Shown piece after piece: positions 1-6,956 of a stretch of 25,495 bases of DNA. Under the pieces are notes generated by a model. It saw only the letters and a list, made by a program, of their open reading frames with translations, had not been told where the DNA came from and searched no databases. Position numbers and translations under genes: made by a program. The stretch's first letter is position 1, and the number at the start of each line of letters is the position of its first letter. Source of the stretch: a virus. Its lineage: Duplodnaviria > Caudoviricetes. The stretch lies in the IMG/VR virus record IMGVR_UViG_3300044711_000040, positions 1-25,495 of that record; one strand, written 5' to 3'.

Positions 1-95
1 CTGAGGACGTGGTGGTCGGGCTCGCCGAATGGCGCAATCGCTGCGGCGAACTTCAGCAGCTCGCGCCCCGCCTCCGTCTCCGGTTCCCTCGTCAT
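1..95 (-). CDS. small hypothetical phage protein, runs off the window (MTREPETEAGRELLKF...)
   Basis: ATG at 95 overlaps the stop of the upstream ORF (ATGA); GAGGGAGAG ribosome-binding site 4 nt upstream; frame open to the window edge. Confidence 0.55.
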   Translation of the reverse strand, partial: MTREPETEAGRELLKFAAAIAPFGEPDHHVL

Positions 96-400
96 CGTGC
101 TCTCCCTCGGTTCAGGCATCGGGATTGGTTCGCGTAGAAATCACGCAGTCGGCCATCGACGCACCACGTGCAGAACAGCCGCGAGTACCAGCCGTTGTGT
201 CGGCCGCGACGGACATGCTGGACGTAGTGCCACGGCCAGAACGGAAGCCGACGCCAGCCGTAGCCGGTATCAAATGTCCGCTGGTCAGGCCGGAAGCCCG
301 TCCAGTCGCAGCGACGGCAGCCGCCCCCGTCGCAATGCGGGCAGCCGGCTCGTTCAAGGTCGAGCAGAACACCGACCGGGACCGTCCCGCGATGGCTCAT
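92..400 (-). CDS. Cys-rich hypothetical protein (CPHCDGGGCRRC, DnaJ-like zinc-finger pattern)
   Basis: Part of ORF 92..619; ATG at 400 follows GAGGGAGAG RBS (alternative coupled ATG at 433); several CxxC pairs. Confidence 0.6.
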   Translation of the reverse strand: MSHRGTVPVGVLLDLERAGCPHCDGGGCRRCDWTGFRPDQRTFDTGYGWRRLPFWPWHYVQHVRRGRHNGWYSRLFCTWCVDGRLRDFYANQSRCLNRGRAR

Positions 401-420
401 GTCCCTCTCCCTCGGTTCAG
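100..420 (-). repeat. 16-bp direct repeat CTGAACCGAGGGAGAG (copies at 100-115 and 405-420), start-associated
   Basis: Two identical copies, each exactly 4 nt upstream of an ATG (95 and 400). Confidence 0.85.
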
Positions 421-429
421 ATGATGGAG

Positions 430-630
430 TCATGCGGACCGCCTCTCGCTCGTTGATTCGACCAGCGGCCACTCGCCGCCACGCTGGAGTACCCGCTCCC
501 GGCATTCGCGGACATCGACGCAGCGGGGCATCGAGGTGAACCGTTCGTTGACGATGGGGTCCCGCCATTCCACGAGGGCCGGCCGGACCTGGGGACCGGA
601 GACGCCACAGAGGAGGCACTCGAGGTTCAT
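430..630 (-). CDS. small Cys-containing hypothetical protein (66 aa)
   Basis: ATGA overlaps at both ends; CxxC near the N-terminus. Confidence 0.65.
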   Translation of the reverse strand: MNLECLLCGVSGPQVRPALVEWRDPIVNERFTSMPRCVDVRECRERVLQRGGEWPLVESTSERRSA

Positions 631-1523
631 TCGTGGCCTGCCTGAGCTGCTCGAGCCAAGATGGCTGCTACGGAGTCGGGCATTCCGCCACGCTTAGCCG
701 CCTGCCGCTCTTGGCGTGGGCTGGTTCCGTTCGCTCGAGGGTTAGTGCCCATAGCCCGTGGATTCGTCCCGTCCTTCCTTCGCCCCGCTTGCGGGGGAGG
801 GGAAATTTCCGACGCCGACGCCGAGAGAACGGGAGCTGACTCTTTAGCTACGGCGTCTGTGGTAACCGTGACGCGTTCCGAACCGTCGTGACGTGTCACC
901 GAACGTGTCACGCGTGGCGTGTCACCTAGCGGGTCCATCGCGGATCGGTAGCCGATCGGATGGAGCGTCATCCCGGCCTGTTCCGGCGTCCGACCGCCCT
1001 TGCGGACGTTGCATGGGCCGCAGGCGGTCACGATGTTGTCGATGTTCGTCGGGCCGTCAGGGTGCGGGATGACGTGCTCGGCGATCAGCATCTCGCGCGG
1101 GTATTCGTAGGCCCCGCAATAGCGGCAGGCGTAGCCGTCCCGCTCGAGCGCCTCGCTCTTGAGCCGCCAGTCCGCCGTCCGCTCGCGGCCGGTGCGCGGG
1201 GCGACGAGGCCGGCCTCCCTTCGGCGGGCGCGCATCCGTCGCATCCTGGTCCCTACGTCGTGATCGCCCTCTTGCCACTCGTCCCAGCCTTGGACGTACC
1301 AGCGGCCATCCTCCTGCTCAACGACGTCGCCTCGTGCGATGGCCTTGTTGGCGCGCGCCTTCCCGATAGCGCGTTCAATCAGGAGGCGATCTCGGAACCG
1401 CCCACGATCGACTTGACGAGCTGCCGCGCAGAGGAGCGTCACCATCGCACCGGGATCTGGGTGGGTCTGGTCGATGTTCGGGTCGACACGCAGATAGGCC
1501 CGCGGCATCCCATCTCTAGTCAC
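627..1523 (-). CDS. replication-initiator-like protein with an internal HNH endonuclease domain
   Basis: GTG start at 1523 overlaps the upstream stop; WYVQGWDEWQ...RMRRMR segment typical of phage replication organisers; HNH motif CRYC...EHVIP...NIVTACGPCNVRKG; VT-rich linker; C-terminal GTNPRA repeats. Confidence 0.65.
   Translation of the reverse strand: MTRDGMPRAYLRVDPNIDQTHPDPGAMVTLLCAAARQVDRGRFRDRLLIERAIGKARANKAIARGDVVEQEDGRWYVQGWDEWQEGDHDVGTRMRRMRARRREAGLVAPRTGRERTADWRLKSEALERDGYACRYCGAYEYPREMLIAEHVIPHPDGPTNIDNIVTACGPCNVRKGGRTPEQAGMTLHPIGYRSAMDPLGDTPRVTRSVTRHDGSERVTVTTDAVAKESAPVLSASASEISPPPQAGRRKDGTNPRAMGTNPRANGTSPRQERQAAKRGGMPDSVAAILARAAQAGHE
867..925. repeat. iteron-like repeats (CGTGTCAC x3; CGTGACG x2), candidate replication origin
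   Basis: CGTGTCAC at 892-899, 904-911, 918-925; CGTGACG at 867-873 and 887-893, all inside the initiator-like gene. Confidence 0.55.
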
Positions 1524-1768
1524 GACGCCACGACCGCCACGTGGGCGTGACACGGGCACGGCTTCCGAGTCGGCCGCTGGAGGGCGTGGACCGCTTCCTG
1601 CCAGGTCGACCACTGTGCATGAACGGGGGATTCGTTGTGGACGGACACGGCCTCGGCGACGGCAAGCTCGTCAGCGGTCGGTGATTCGATGAGGCCGCCA
1701 CACGCGCACTCGGCCGAGTAGTCCCCGGACAGGTTGCGGTAGGCGTGGAACAGGCCGCGCTCCGTCAC
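1520..1768 (-). CDS. hypothetical protein (82 aa, Cys/His motifs)
   Basis: GTGA overlaps with both neighbours. Confidence 0.6.
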   Translation of the reverse strand: MTERGLFHAYRNLSGDYSAECACGGLIESPTADELAVAEAVSVHNESPVHAQWSTWQEAVHALQRPTRKPCPCHAHVAVVAS

Positions 1769-1959
1769 GTCTCGGCCTCACTCGCGGCTCGTTTCGCCTT
1801 CCGATGGGCAACCGATTGGAGGCGACCCTGTTCGACTGGACCGTGGGCACCCACGATGAGGGCGCCCCGGAATCCGGGGATGCGCGCAGCGGACGGTCCC
1901 TCGTCGTCACGGATGGGTTTGCCCTCGGGGGTGTAGCCGACGGTTCGGAGTGAGCACAT
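1765..1959 (-). CDS. hypothetical protein (64 aa)
   Basis: TGATG overlap with the C5 methyltransferase stop, GTGA overlap downstream. Confidence 0.55.
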   Translation of the reverse strand: MCSLRTVGYTPEGKPIRDDEGPSAARIPGFRGALIVGAHGPVEQGRLQSVAHRKAKRAASEAET

Positions 1960-2867
1960 CAGACGACCTCCAGGAGGCGGCGACCGATCACCTCGACGAC
2001 CTGCGGGACGACCGCGTTACCGAGGGCCCTAAGTCGGTCCACCCGAGCGGGAACCCCATGAGCCACTCGACCCACGTCGGGTTCAGTTGCCCACTGATCT
2101 CCGTTTGGAGCTGGCCCTTGAACCCGTTGCCCTTCGCGTCGTGCGCCGTTGGTGTCGGGACGCGCTTCACGGCGTCCGGCAAGAGGTTCCGGGGCTTTGC
2201 GGTCTGCGATTGTTCCGAATACGCGCCCTTGTAATCCCGAGTCGTTGGGGTCGGCCATCGGTCCGTGATGACACCCGGCTTCTGGCGCTCGGCCTCCACA
2301 GCCTGCGTCAGATAGAAGCTGTGGCGCGAGCCCGTCAGGAGGTTCTGCACCTTGGCGTTGTTTGGACCCGCTCCGGGCATCTGTGCCTGCGGCGTAGGCC
2401 AGAACCCAGACTCGGTATCGGAGGTGCGGGGCACCAACGGCCGACGCGGGAATGCTCTCCCATTCCGCGTCATACCCGAGCTCGGCCAAACCTCCAAGGA
2501 CAGACCCCATGCCTCCTCCCAAAAGGAGCCCTGGGACGTTCTCCACGAGGACGAACCGGGGTCGAAGCTCGCGAACGGCTCGTGCGAACTCGGGCCATAG
2601 CCAACGATCGTCGTCCAATCCACGTCGCCGTCCAGCAGTGGAGAACGGCTGACAAGGGAATCCGCCGGCCAGAAGGTCGACCCGCTCGACTCCGCTCCAG
2701 TCGACGGTGGTGATGTCCCCGTATCGGGGGATGTCGGGCCAGTGCTTGGCGAGGACTCGCTGGCAGTATTCGTCCCATTCGACCTGCCATCGTCCGGTCC
2801 AGCCGGCTCGCTCGAGGCCGAGGTCGATGCCGCCGATTCCGGCGAACAGGCTTCCGAAGGTCGGCAC
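1959..2867 (-). CDS. DNA (cytosine-5)-methyltransferase, catalytic (alpha-like) polypeptide
   Basis: Motif I FGSLFAGIGG, IV GGFPCQPFS, VI LVENV, VIII HLRYRVW, X RLRALGNAVVP; GTG at 2867 immediately precedes motif I; no recognisable motif IX in this frame. Confidence 0.9.
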   Translation of the reverse strand: MPTFGSLFAGIGGIDLGLERAGWTGRWQVEWDEYCQRVLAKHWPDIPRYGDITTVDWSGVERVDLLAGGFPCQPFSTAGRRRGLDDDRWLWPEFARAVRELRPRFVLVENVPGLLLGGGMGSVLGGLAELGYDAEWESIPASAVGAPHLRYRVWVLAYAAGTDARSGSKQRQGAEPPDGLAPQLLSDAGCGGRAPEAGCHHGPMADPNDSGLQGRVFGTIADRKAPEPLAGRREARPDTNGARREGQRVQGPAPNGDQWATEPDVGRVAHGVPARVDRLRALGNAVVPQVVEVIGRRLLEVV

Positions 2868-2872
2868 GTCAT
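1988..2872 (-). CDS. alternative-frame C5 methyltransferase partner (beta-like polypeptide: WPTP repeats plus motif IX-like segment)
   Basis: 294-aa ORF overlapping the methyltransferase in another frame; ATG coupled to the upstream stop (ATGA at 2869-2872); three (W/V)PTP repeats; GQLNPTWVEWLMGFPLGWT. Confidence 0.75.
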   Translation of the reverse strand: MTCRPSEACSPESAASTSASSEPAGPDDGRSNGTNTASESSPSTGPTSPDTGTSPPSTGAESSGSTFWPADSLVSRSPLLDGDVDWTTIVGYGPSSHEPFASFDPGSSSWRTSQGSFWEEAWGLSLEVWPSSGMTRNGRAFPRRPLVPRTSDTESGFWPTPQAQMPGAGPNNAKVQNLLTGSRHSFYLTQAVEAERQKPGVITDRWPTPTTRDYKGAYSEQSQTAKPRNLLPDAVKRVPTPTAHDAKGNGFKGQLQTEISGQLNPTWVEWLMGFPLGWTDLGPSVTRSSRRSSR

Positions 2873-3273
2873 CGACCCGTGGCTCGGAGCTGCATCGGGT
2901 CAGCCCGGTTACATGGACCGGCGCACGATGGATTCGGGTCCACATGCCCGCAGTCGTCACCCACGGCAGCCCGGAGCAGCGCCTCGTCAACCGCTTCGAT
3001 GAGGAGCGGCCTCCAGGTCCGGCCCGCGTTCGTCTTGATCCGGTGATGGTCGGAGCACATCGGGGCGCAGTTGTCGAGCGTCGAGCGCGACTTCATGCCC
3101 AGCGCACCCGAGGCCCGGATGTGGTCGGGCTCGAGCTGTCCGTTGCACGGTCCCGGCATCCCGACCTTCGCTCCGAGGCAGCCACCGTGCAGCCGCTTCG
3201 CCGCCTCGACGATGGCCGGATCCCAGCGCGTTCCGGCGCTCGCTTTCATGGGGCTGTATCGGCGGAGGCTCAT
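2869..3273 (-). CDS. HNH-family endonuclease
   Basis: C...C..QLEPDHI...DNCAPMCSDHHRIKT motif; ATGA coupling on both sides. Confidence 0.7.
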   Translation of the reverse strand: MSLRRYSPMKASAGTRWDPAIVEAAKRLHGGCLGAKVGMPGPCNGQLEPDHIRASGALGMKSRSTLDNCAPMCSDHHRIKTNAGRTWRPLLIEAVDEALLRAAVGDDCGHVDPNPSCAGPCNRADPMQLRATGR

Positions 3274-3434
3274 TCGACTGCCTCGGCCTTCGGTCGCTCG
3301 GGGGACCGCTCACTCGGTGGCCATCCCTCGGGGCACTCGCCTCGGTAGTGCTGTGAGCAATCGCGGCAATAGGGAGGCGGCGGGTAGAGGCCGCTCGTGA
3401 CCTCATCGTCGTAGAACTCGTCGCCGGCCATCAT
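3270..3434 (-). CDS. small hypothetical protein (MMAGDEFYDD...YCRDC..H...C)
   Basis: 3' part of ORF 3270..3566; ATG at 3434 is coupled to a mini-ORF stop; ATGA overlap downstream. Confidence 0.5.
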   Translation of the reverse strand: MMAGDEFYDDEVTSGLYPPPPYCRDCSQHYRGECPEGWPPSERSPERPKAEAVE

Positions 3435-3481
3435 CGGTCGGTCCGGGTCGTATCGGGGGTGGAGGAGGGGATGGAGGTCAT
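3431..3481 (-). CDS. 16-aa mini-ORF (MTSIPSSTPDTTRTDR)
   Basis: ATGA overlap with the methyltransferase stop at 3478 and with the next start at 3434. Confidence 0.35.
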   Translation of the reverse strand: MTSIPSSTPDTTRTDR

Positions 3482-4143
3482 GCGGAAACCAGTCCGAGAA
3501 CGCCTTGTGAGCACCGGAGCGCGGCCCGTTCGCAATGGGCCTCGTCAATCTCGATGCCGATGGCACGCCGGCCGGCCATCTTCGCCGCGGCGAGGAACGT
3601 CCCGGAGCCGGCGAACGGATCGAGAATCAAGTCATCAGGGGCGGTGAAGCGGGCGATCAGCTCGGACGCTTCGGCGAGCGGCTGCGCCCACTCGTGCAGC
3701 GCCTTCTCGCGGCCGCCGCGGCGGAGCACGTCGTTGAATGCGAACCGGCCCTCCGCGACGAACTGGCCACGCTCCCCACGCTCGTTGCCGAACGGTCGCC
3801 GGCGATAGGCGAGGACCGGCTTCCAGCCTGTCAGGATCGTCATGTCCCCGATGCGCGCCATCTGTTCGCCACCTGGGTAGACGGCGGCCAGCGTCCAGCG
3901 GTAAGCGAGGTTTGCAGAGCCGAGCGCCGCCGTCACGTCCGGAAGCACGGCCTGTCCGGAGTACGCGAGCAACCAGCCCGCCGCCCGCAGGCTCACGGTG
4001 GCCAGCGCAGACAGCGACTCCCACAGCGGAAGGGCGTCTCGACCGTACGGCGGGTCGGTCAGGATCGCGTCAACCGGCGCGTCCCACTCCCGGCAATCGC
4101 CGTGGTAGATCGTGACCGCCGCGTCCTCGTAGTACCGCGTCAC
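3478..4143 (-). CDS. DNA N6-adenine/N4-cytosine methyltransferase (beta class)
   Basis: Catalytic ILTDPPY precedes SAM-binding ILDPFAGSGT...GRRAIGIEID. Confidence 0.9.
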   Translation of the reverse strand: MTRYYEDAAVTIYHGDCREWDAPVDAILTDPPYGRDALPLWESLSALATVSLRAAGWLLAYSGQAVLPDVTAALGSANLAYRWTLAAVYPGGEQMARIGDMTILTGWKPVLAYRRRPFGNERGERGQFVAEGRFAFNDVLRRGGREKALHEWAQPLAEASELIARFTAPDDLILDPFAGSGTFLAAAKMAGRRAIGIEIDEAHCERAALRCSQGVLGLVSA

Positions 4144-4301
4144 TCCTCAGTCCTCCCCGTCATCCCCAACCCTCCGACGATGCAGATGACGGCACACACG
4201 GCGAGGGCATCGGGACTCAACCAGGTGAAGGGCTGGAGGTGGACGGCCTCGAGAAAGAGACAGATCGCCCCGAAGCCGACGAGCGCACTCGCGACTGTCA
4301 T
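4140..4301 (-). CDS. small membrane protein (53 aa, two hydrophobic segments); not in the ORF track
   Basis: Hand translation MTVASALVGFGAICLFLEAVHLQPFTWLSPDALAVCAVICIVGGLGMTGRTEE; ATGA and GTGA overlaps at the ends. Confidence 0.6.
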   Translation of the reverse strand: MTVASALVGFGAICLFLEAVHLQPFTWLSPDALAVCAVICIVGGLGMTGRTEE

Positions 4302-4624
4302 GCCGGCACCGAGAGGGCGTCATGGATATGGAGTACCGCCCGATGGGAGCAATCAGGGTCGACGCACCATTCCGTTTCGATCATCTCGGCGTCGATGTGC
4401 CGCAACTCGGCGACGATGCTCCGACACGGACGGCACCGCCAATAGTTCGTCGGAGCGCCGCTGCTCACCATTCCCATCGTTCGGACGCGGCCTTGACCGC
4501 AGACCGGTTCGCGATCGCCGGCAACATAGAAGTGCCAGGTGTCTCCGAACAGGACCCAACGCGTCTTGAGGCGCGGGTCCGTAGGCGCGTGGCTGTCCGC
4601 GATCTGCGTCATGCGCTCGCTCAC
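4298..4624 (-). CDS. Cys/His-rich hypothetical protein (108 aa)
   Basis: Coupled at both ends; WH...CG...CRPC and C...C.H patterns. Confidence 0.6.
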   Translation of the reverse strand: MSERMTQIADSHAPTDPRLKTRWVLFGDTWHFYVAGDREPVCGQGRVRTMGMVSSGAPTNYWRCRPCRSIVAELRHIDAEMIETEWCVDPDCSHRAVLHIHDALSVPA

Positions 4625-5472
4625 GCCGCCTCCTCCGGAACCAAACCAAGCGGCGCCGTCTCGGCCTCGGGGAATGCAAGGTCAGCCGCAGCGGCCAGAT
4701 CCTCGTCGATGTCCGGTGAGGTCGGGGTATCGAAGGCGGGAGCGGGCAGGATCCAATCGGCTGTCGCCAGCCGTGACGGAACGAGGACGTTGTACGTGAC
4801 CTGCGGGCGGGTGCCCTTGGCCGGCAGCGTCTCCTCTTTCCACGAGCCCCAGACCGTGATCCGCTTGCCGATGACCTCGGTCTGGAGCGGCGCGAGGGCT
4901 TCCGCCAGCGCGTCCTCGGCGATGACGATGAACGACTTGGCCCCGTTCTTGACCCGGAACGGCAGCCGCCAGCCGTCGGGCGTCTGGCGTAGGCCGAAGT
5001 CGTACTTGCCCTCCGTGATGGCGGTGCCGATGAGGCCCCCGTCAGCGGTGATCTCGGGGACCGGATGGTCCTTGGTCCCGACGAACCCGCCGGCGCGCGC
5101 TACGGGCCGCTCCGGCTCGCCCCCGGCCTTGTTTTCGATCTCGTTGGCCGACGCGATGGACTTGTCGATGAGGATGCCGAGCGCCCCGATCGCGCGGCCC
5201 CACGCGCTCGTCTCGGCGTTCTCGACCTCGGAGCCTCGGGTGTACGGGGTGGAGCCGGGGATCTGGAGCCAACTGGAGCCGACTCCAGGCAGCGGATCGT
5301 CCACCGAGCGGTAGGCGAGGGCCTTGACGAGCACCCGCTGCGTCCCGTCCGGGGCGGTCAGCACCTTGATGGACTTGGTGACGAGCCGCCCCCCGGCGTA
5401 CAGCTCGTAAAACAGCTTGATGCGGTCCTTGACCTCGACGTAATCGCCGAGCTCGAACTTCTTTTCAGGCAT
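4621..5472 (-). CDS. single-strand annealing protein (Rad52-superfamily-like) with an SSB-like C-terminal domain
   Basis: YVEVKDRI...ENAETSAWGRAIGALGI motif of phage annealases; C-terminal LIG...LRQTPDG...FRV...LAEAL...GKRITVWG pattern resembling an SSB OB-fold; acidic tail. Confidence 0.65.
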   Translation of the reverse strand: MPEKKFELGDYVEVKDRIKLFYELYAGGRLVTKSIKVLTAPDGTQRVLVKALAYRSVDDPLPGVGSSWLQIPGSTPYTRGSEVENAETSAWGRAIGALGILIDKSIASANEIENKAGGEPERPVARAGGFVGTKDHPVPEITADGGLIGTAITEGKYDFGLRQTPDGWRLPFRVKNGAKSFIVIAEDALAEALAPLQTEVIGKRITVWGSWKEETLPAKGTRPQVTYNVLVPSRLATADWILPAPAFDTPTSPDIDEDLAAAADLAFPEAETAPLGLVPEEAA

Positions 5473-5681
5473 CAGGCAGCCCCTTTCGCGCGCTCATCCG
5501 GCGCGAGATCCGCGACGACCTCCCAGCCCTCGTTGGCCTCGATGACGACCGTTCGCGGGATCGGGTCGCCCCCGGCCAAGCAGGGACATCCGTGTTCGTG
5601 GTTCTCCCGGCACTCCTCGAGGCGGTCCATCTGGGCCTCGGAGAATCGTTCGGTGAAGTCGACATACGTCTGACGGCTCAT
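5472..5681 (-). CDS. hypothetical protein (69 aa)
   Basis: ATGA and TGATG overlaps with neighbours. Confidence 0.55.
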   Translation of the reverse strand: MSRQTYVDFTERFSEAQMDRLEECRENHEHGCPCLAGGDPIPRTVVIEANEGWEVVADLAPDERAKGAA

Positions 5682-5983
5682 GACGGGACTCGATCCGAGG
5701 TCGAGCCGTGCCGAATGATGTTGTCCACCATCCAGTCATAGCCCGCGAACCCGTCGGACTTGGGTCGGCGCTCGCCCGTTTTCATGAGTCGACCGGTGAC
5801 CAGTGCCGTCCAGCCGTCGTCCCATCGGTGAAACCAGGACTGCCGCGTCGTACCGTTGAGGACGGCATCGGCCTGTGCGGCAGGCAACGTGCGGACGATG
5901 ACGTAATCGCGATCCTTGCCCCAAGAACTCGATGAGGCGTTCCCTGTGCTGGGCATCGACAGGCGGAACTCGATGCGGCTCAT
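5678..5983 (-). CDS. phage hypothetical protein (…WDDGWTA…SDGFAGYDWMVDNII…)
   Basis: ATG at 5983 coupled to the upstream stop; protein-like, aromatic-rich composition. Confidence 0.7.
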   Translation of the reverse strand: MSRIEFRLSMPSTGNASSSSWGKDRDYVIVRTLPAAQADAVLNGTTRQSWFHRWDDGWTALVTGRLMKTGERRPKSDGFAGYDWMVDNIIRHGSTSDRVPS

Positions 5984-6240
5984 CGCGCCGCCTCCGCCAG
6001 ACGTGGTTCGTAGCAAGCCCGACACTCGGCATCGAACAGGTCGTACTCGCGGTGGGCGACGTGCGAGATGAGCGCCACGACCTCGGCGGTGTCGTGACGC
6101 CAGCCGCCTCGGACGGGGTTCACGCGGATTCCGTCAACGGCGCAGGTGCGGCGTTCGCCGTCGTCCGTGACCTGGATGCGGTGGGTGCTCCGAAACAGCG
6201 CGAGCTGCTGTTCGGGGGTGGCGGCGGTGTCAGTGGTCAT
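5980..6240 (-). CDS. hypothetical protein (86 aa, Cys/His motifs)
   Basis: AAGAGGGA RBS upstream of ATG 6240; ATGA overlap downstream. Confidence 0.65.
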   Translation of the reverse strand: MTTDTAATPEQQLALFRSTHRIQVTDDGERRTCAVDGIRVNPVRGGWRHDTAEVVALISHVAHREYDLFDAECRACYEPRLAEAAR

Positions 6241-6268
6241 CTAGAATCCCTCTTGCACGTTTGGGTGT

Positions 6269-6610
6269 GGCCGGGAGCGGGTCCCTTGTCCGCTCCCGGC
6301 CTAACTACGAACGCCCCGGCGGCGTCGAGCGCGTTGCGGCGCTCAGAGGGTGCGTCGGAGCGAGTGAGGGGCCACGCTTCAACGACGCACCCTCTGAGGG
6401 TCGGAACGGCTGGGAAGGTGACCCGTCATGGACGCCCCGGACACGAGGACGGCCCGCTTGCGCGAGCGACGGGTCATGGGAACGAGGCGCCGGCGTTGAA
6501 AGCGACACGCGCCGCCGAACCTGGTACCCGGTTCCACTGACCGGCGCCTCGCTCAGCCGACGAGCGTCCTCGCGGACCGCACGGGACGGTTCGCGTTCGT
6601 CGGCTGAGCG
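6269..6610. ncRNA. cluster of five long stem-loops, candidate structured RNA or RNA-processing region
   Basis: Perfect inverted repeats: 6269-6280/6290-6301 (12 bp), 6342-6357/6383-6398 (16 bp), 6419-6427/6468-6476 (9 bp), 6483-6493/6541-6551 (11 bp), 6550-6563/6597-6610 (14 bp). Confidence 0.5.
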
Positions 6611-6760
6611 GGAGGTCGGACGCACTCGGGGCGGCTTGGCCTCGTGGTGCATGAACGTCGGGTTGACGAGATGTCCGTACGCGAGCACCCCGCCGACCTT
6701 GACGATGGCGATGGCCTTGCCGCAGTCGTGGCACGGGAGGATCAGGCCGTCGCCGCTCAT
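6305..6760 (-). CDS. hypothetical protein; CxxC N-terminus, C-terminal two-thirds runs through the hairpin cluster
   Basis: ATGA-coupled start; only the first ~45 aa look globular, the rest is low-complexity R/P/S-rich. Confidence 0.4.
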   Translation of the reverse strand: MSGDGLILPCHDCGKAIAIVKVGGVLAYGHLVNPTFMHHEAKPPRVRPTSRSADEREPSRAVREDARRLSEAPVSGTGYQVRRRVSLSTPAPRSHDPSLAQAGRPRVRGVHDGSPSQPFRPSEGASLKRGPSLAPTHPLSAATRSTPPGRS

Positions 6761-6834
6761 CCGGCGTTCCCCGCGACCATCGCAACGAGCAGCCCGAGAG
6801 CCGCGATGGCGAGGACGAACCCGACGCGGTTCAT
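6757..6834 (-). CDS. 25-aa hydrophobic peptide (MNRVGFVLAIAALGLLVAMVAGNAG)
   Basis: ATGA overlaps at both ends; single transmembrane-like stretch. Confidence 0.5.
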   Translation of the reverse strand: MNRVGFVLAIAALGLLVAMVAGNAG

Positions 6835-6956
6835 CGCTCCCGCTCCCGGAACACGATCCGCACGATCCGCTCCGTAGCCTCGGGATGCCGGGACACGATG
6901 AGGTCGCCCACGATGAGGAACAGGAAGAAGGCGAAGGCGAGCTCCAGGTAGGTCAT
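6831..6956 (-). CDS. 41-aa membrane peptide (MTYLELAFAFFLFLIVGDLIVSRH...)
   Basis: ATGA overlaps at both ends; hydrophobic N-terminus, charged C-terminus. Confidence 0.55.
   Translation of the reverse strand: MTYLELAFAFFLFLIVGDLIVSRHPEATERIVRIVFRERER

Noticed and set aside
6483-6551. tRNA-like or hammerhead-like reading of the three-way junction
   Set aside because: No cloverleaf with correctly placed T-arm and anticodon arm, no CCA end, and no CUGANGA core
6757-6956. Small hydrophobic peptides (also 4140-4301) as holins
   Set aside because: They are in the early operon with no adjacent endolysin; hydrophobicity alone is insufficient
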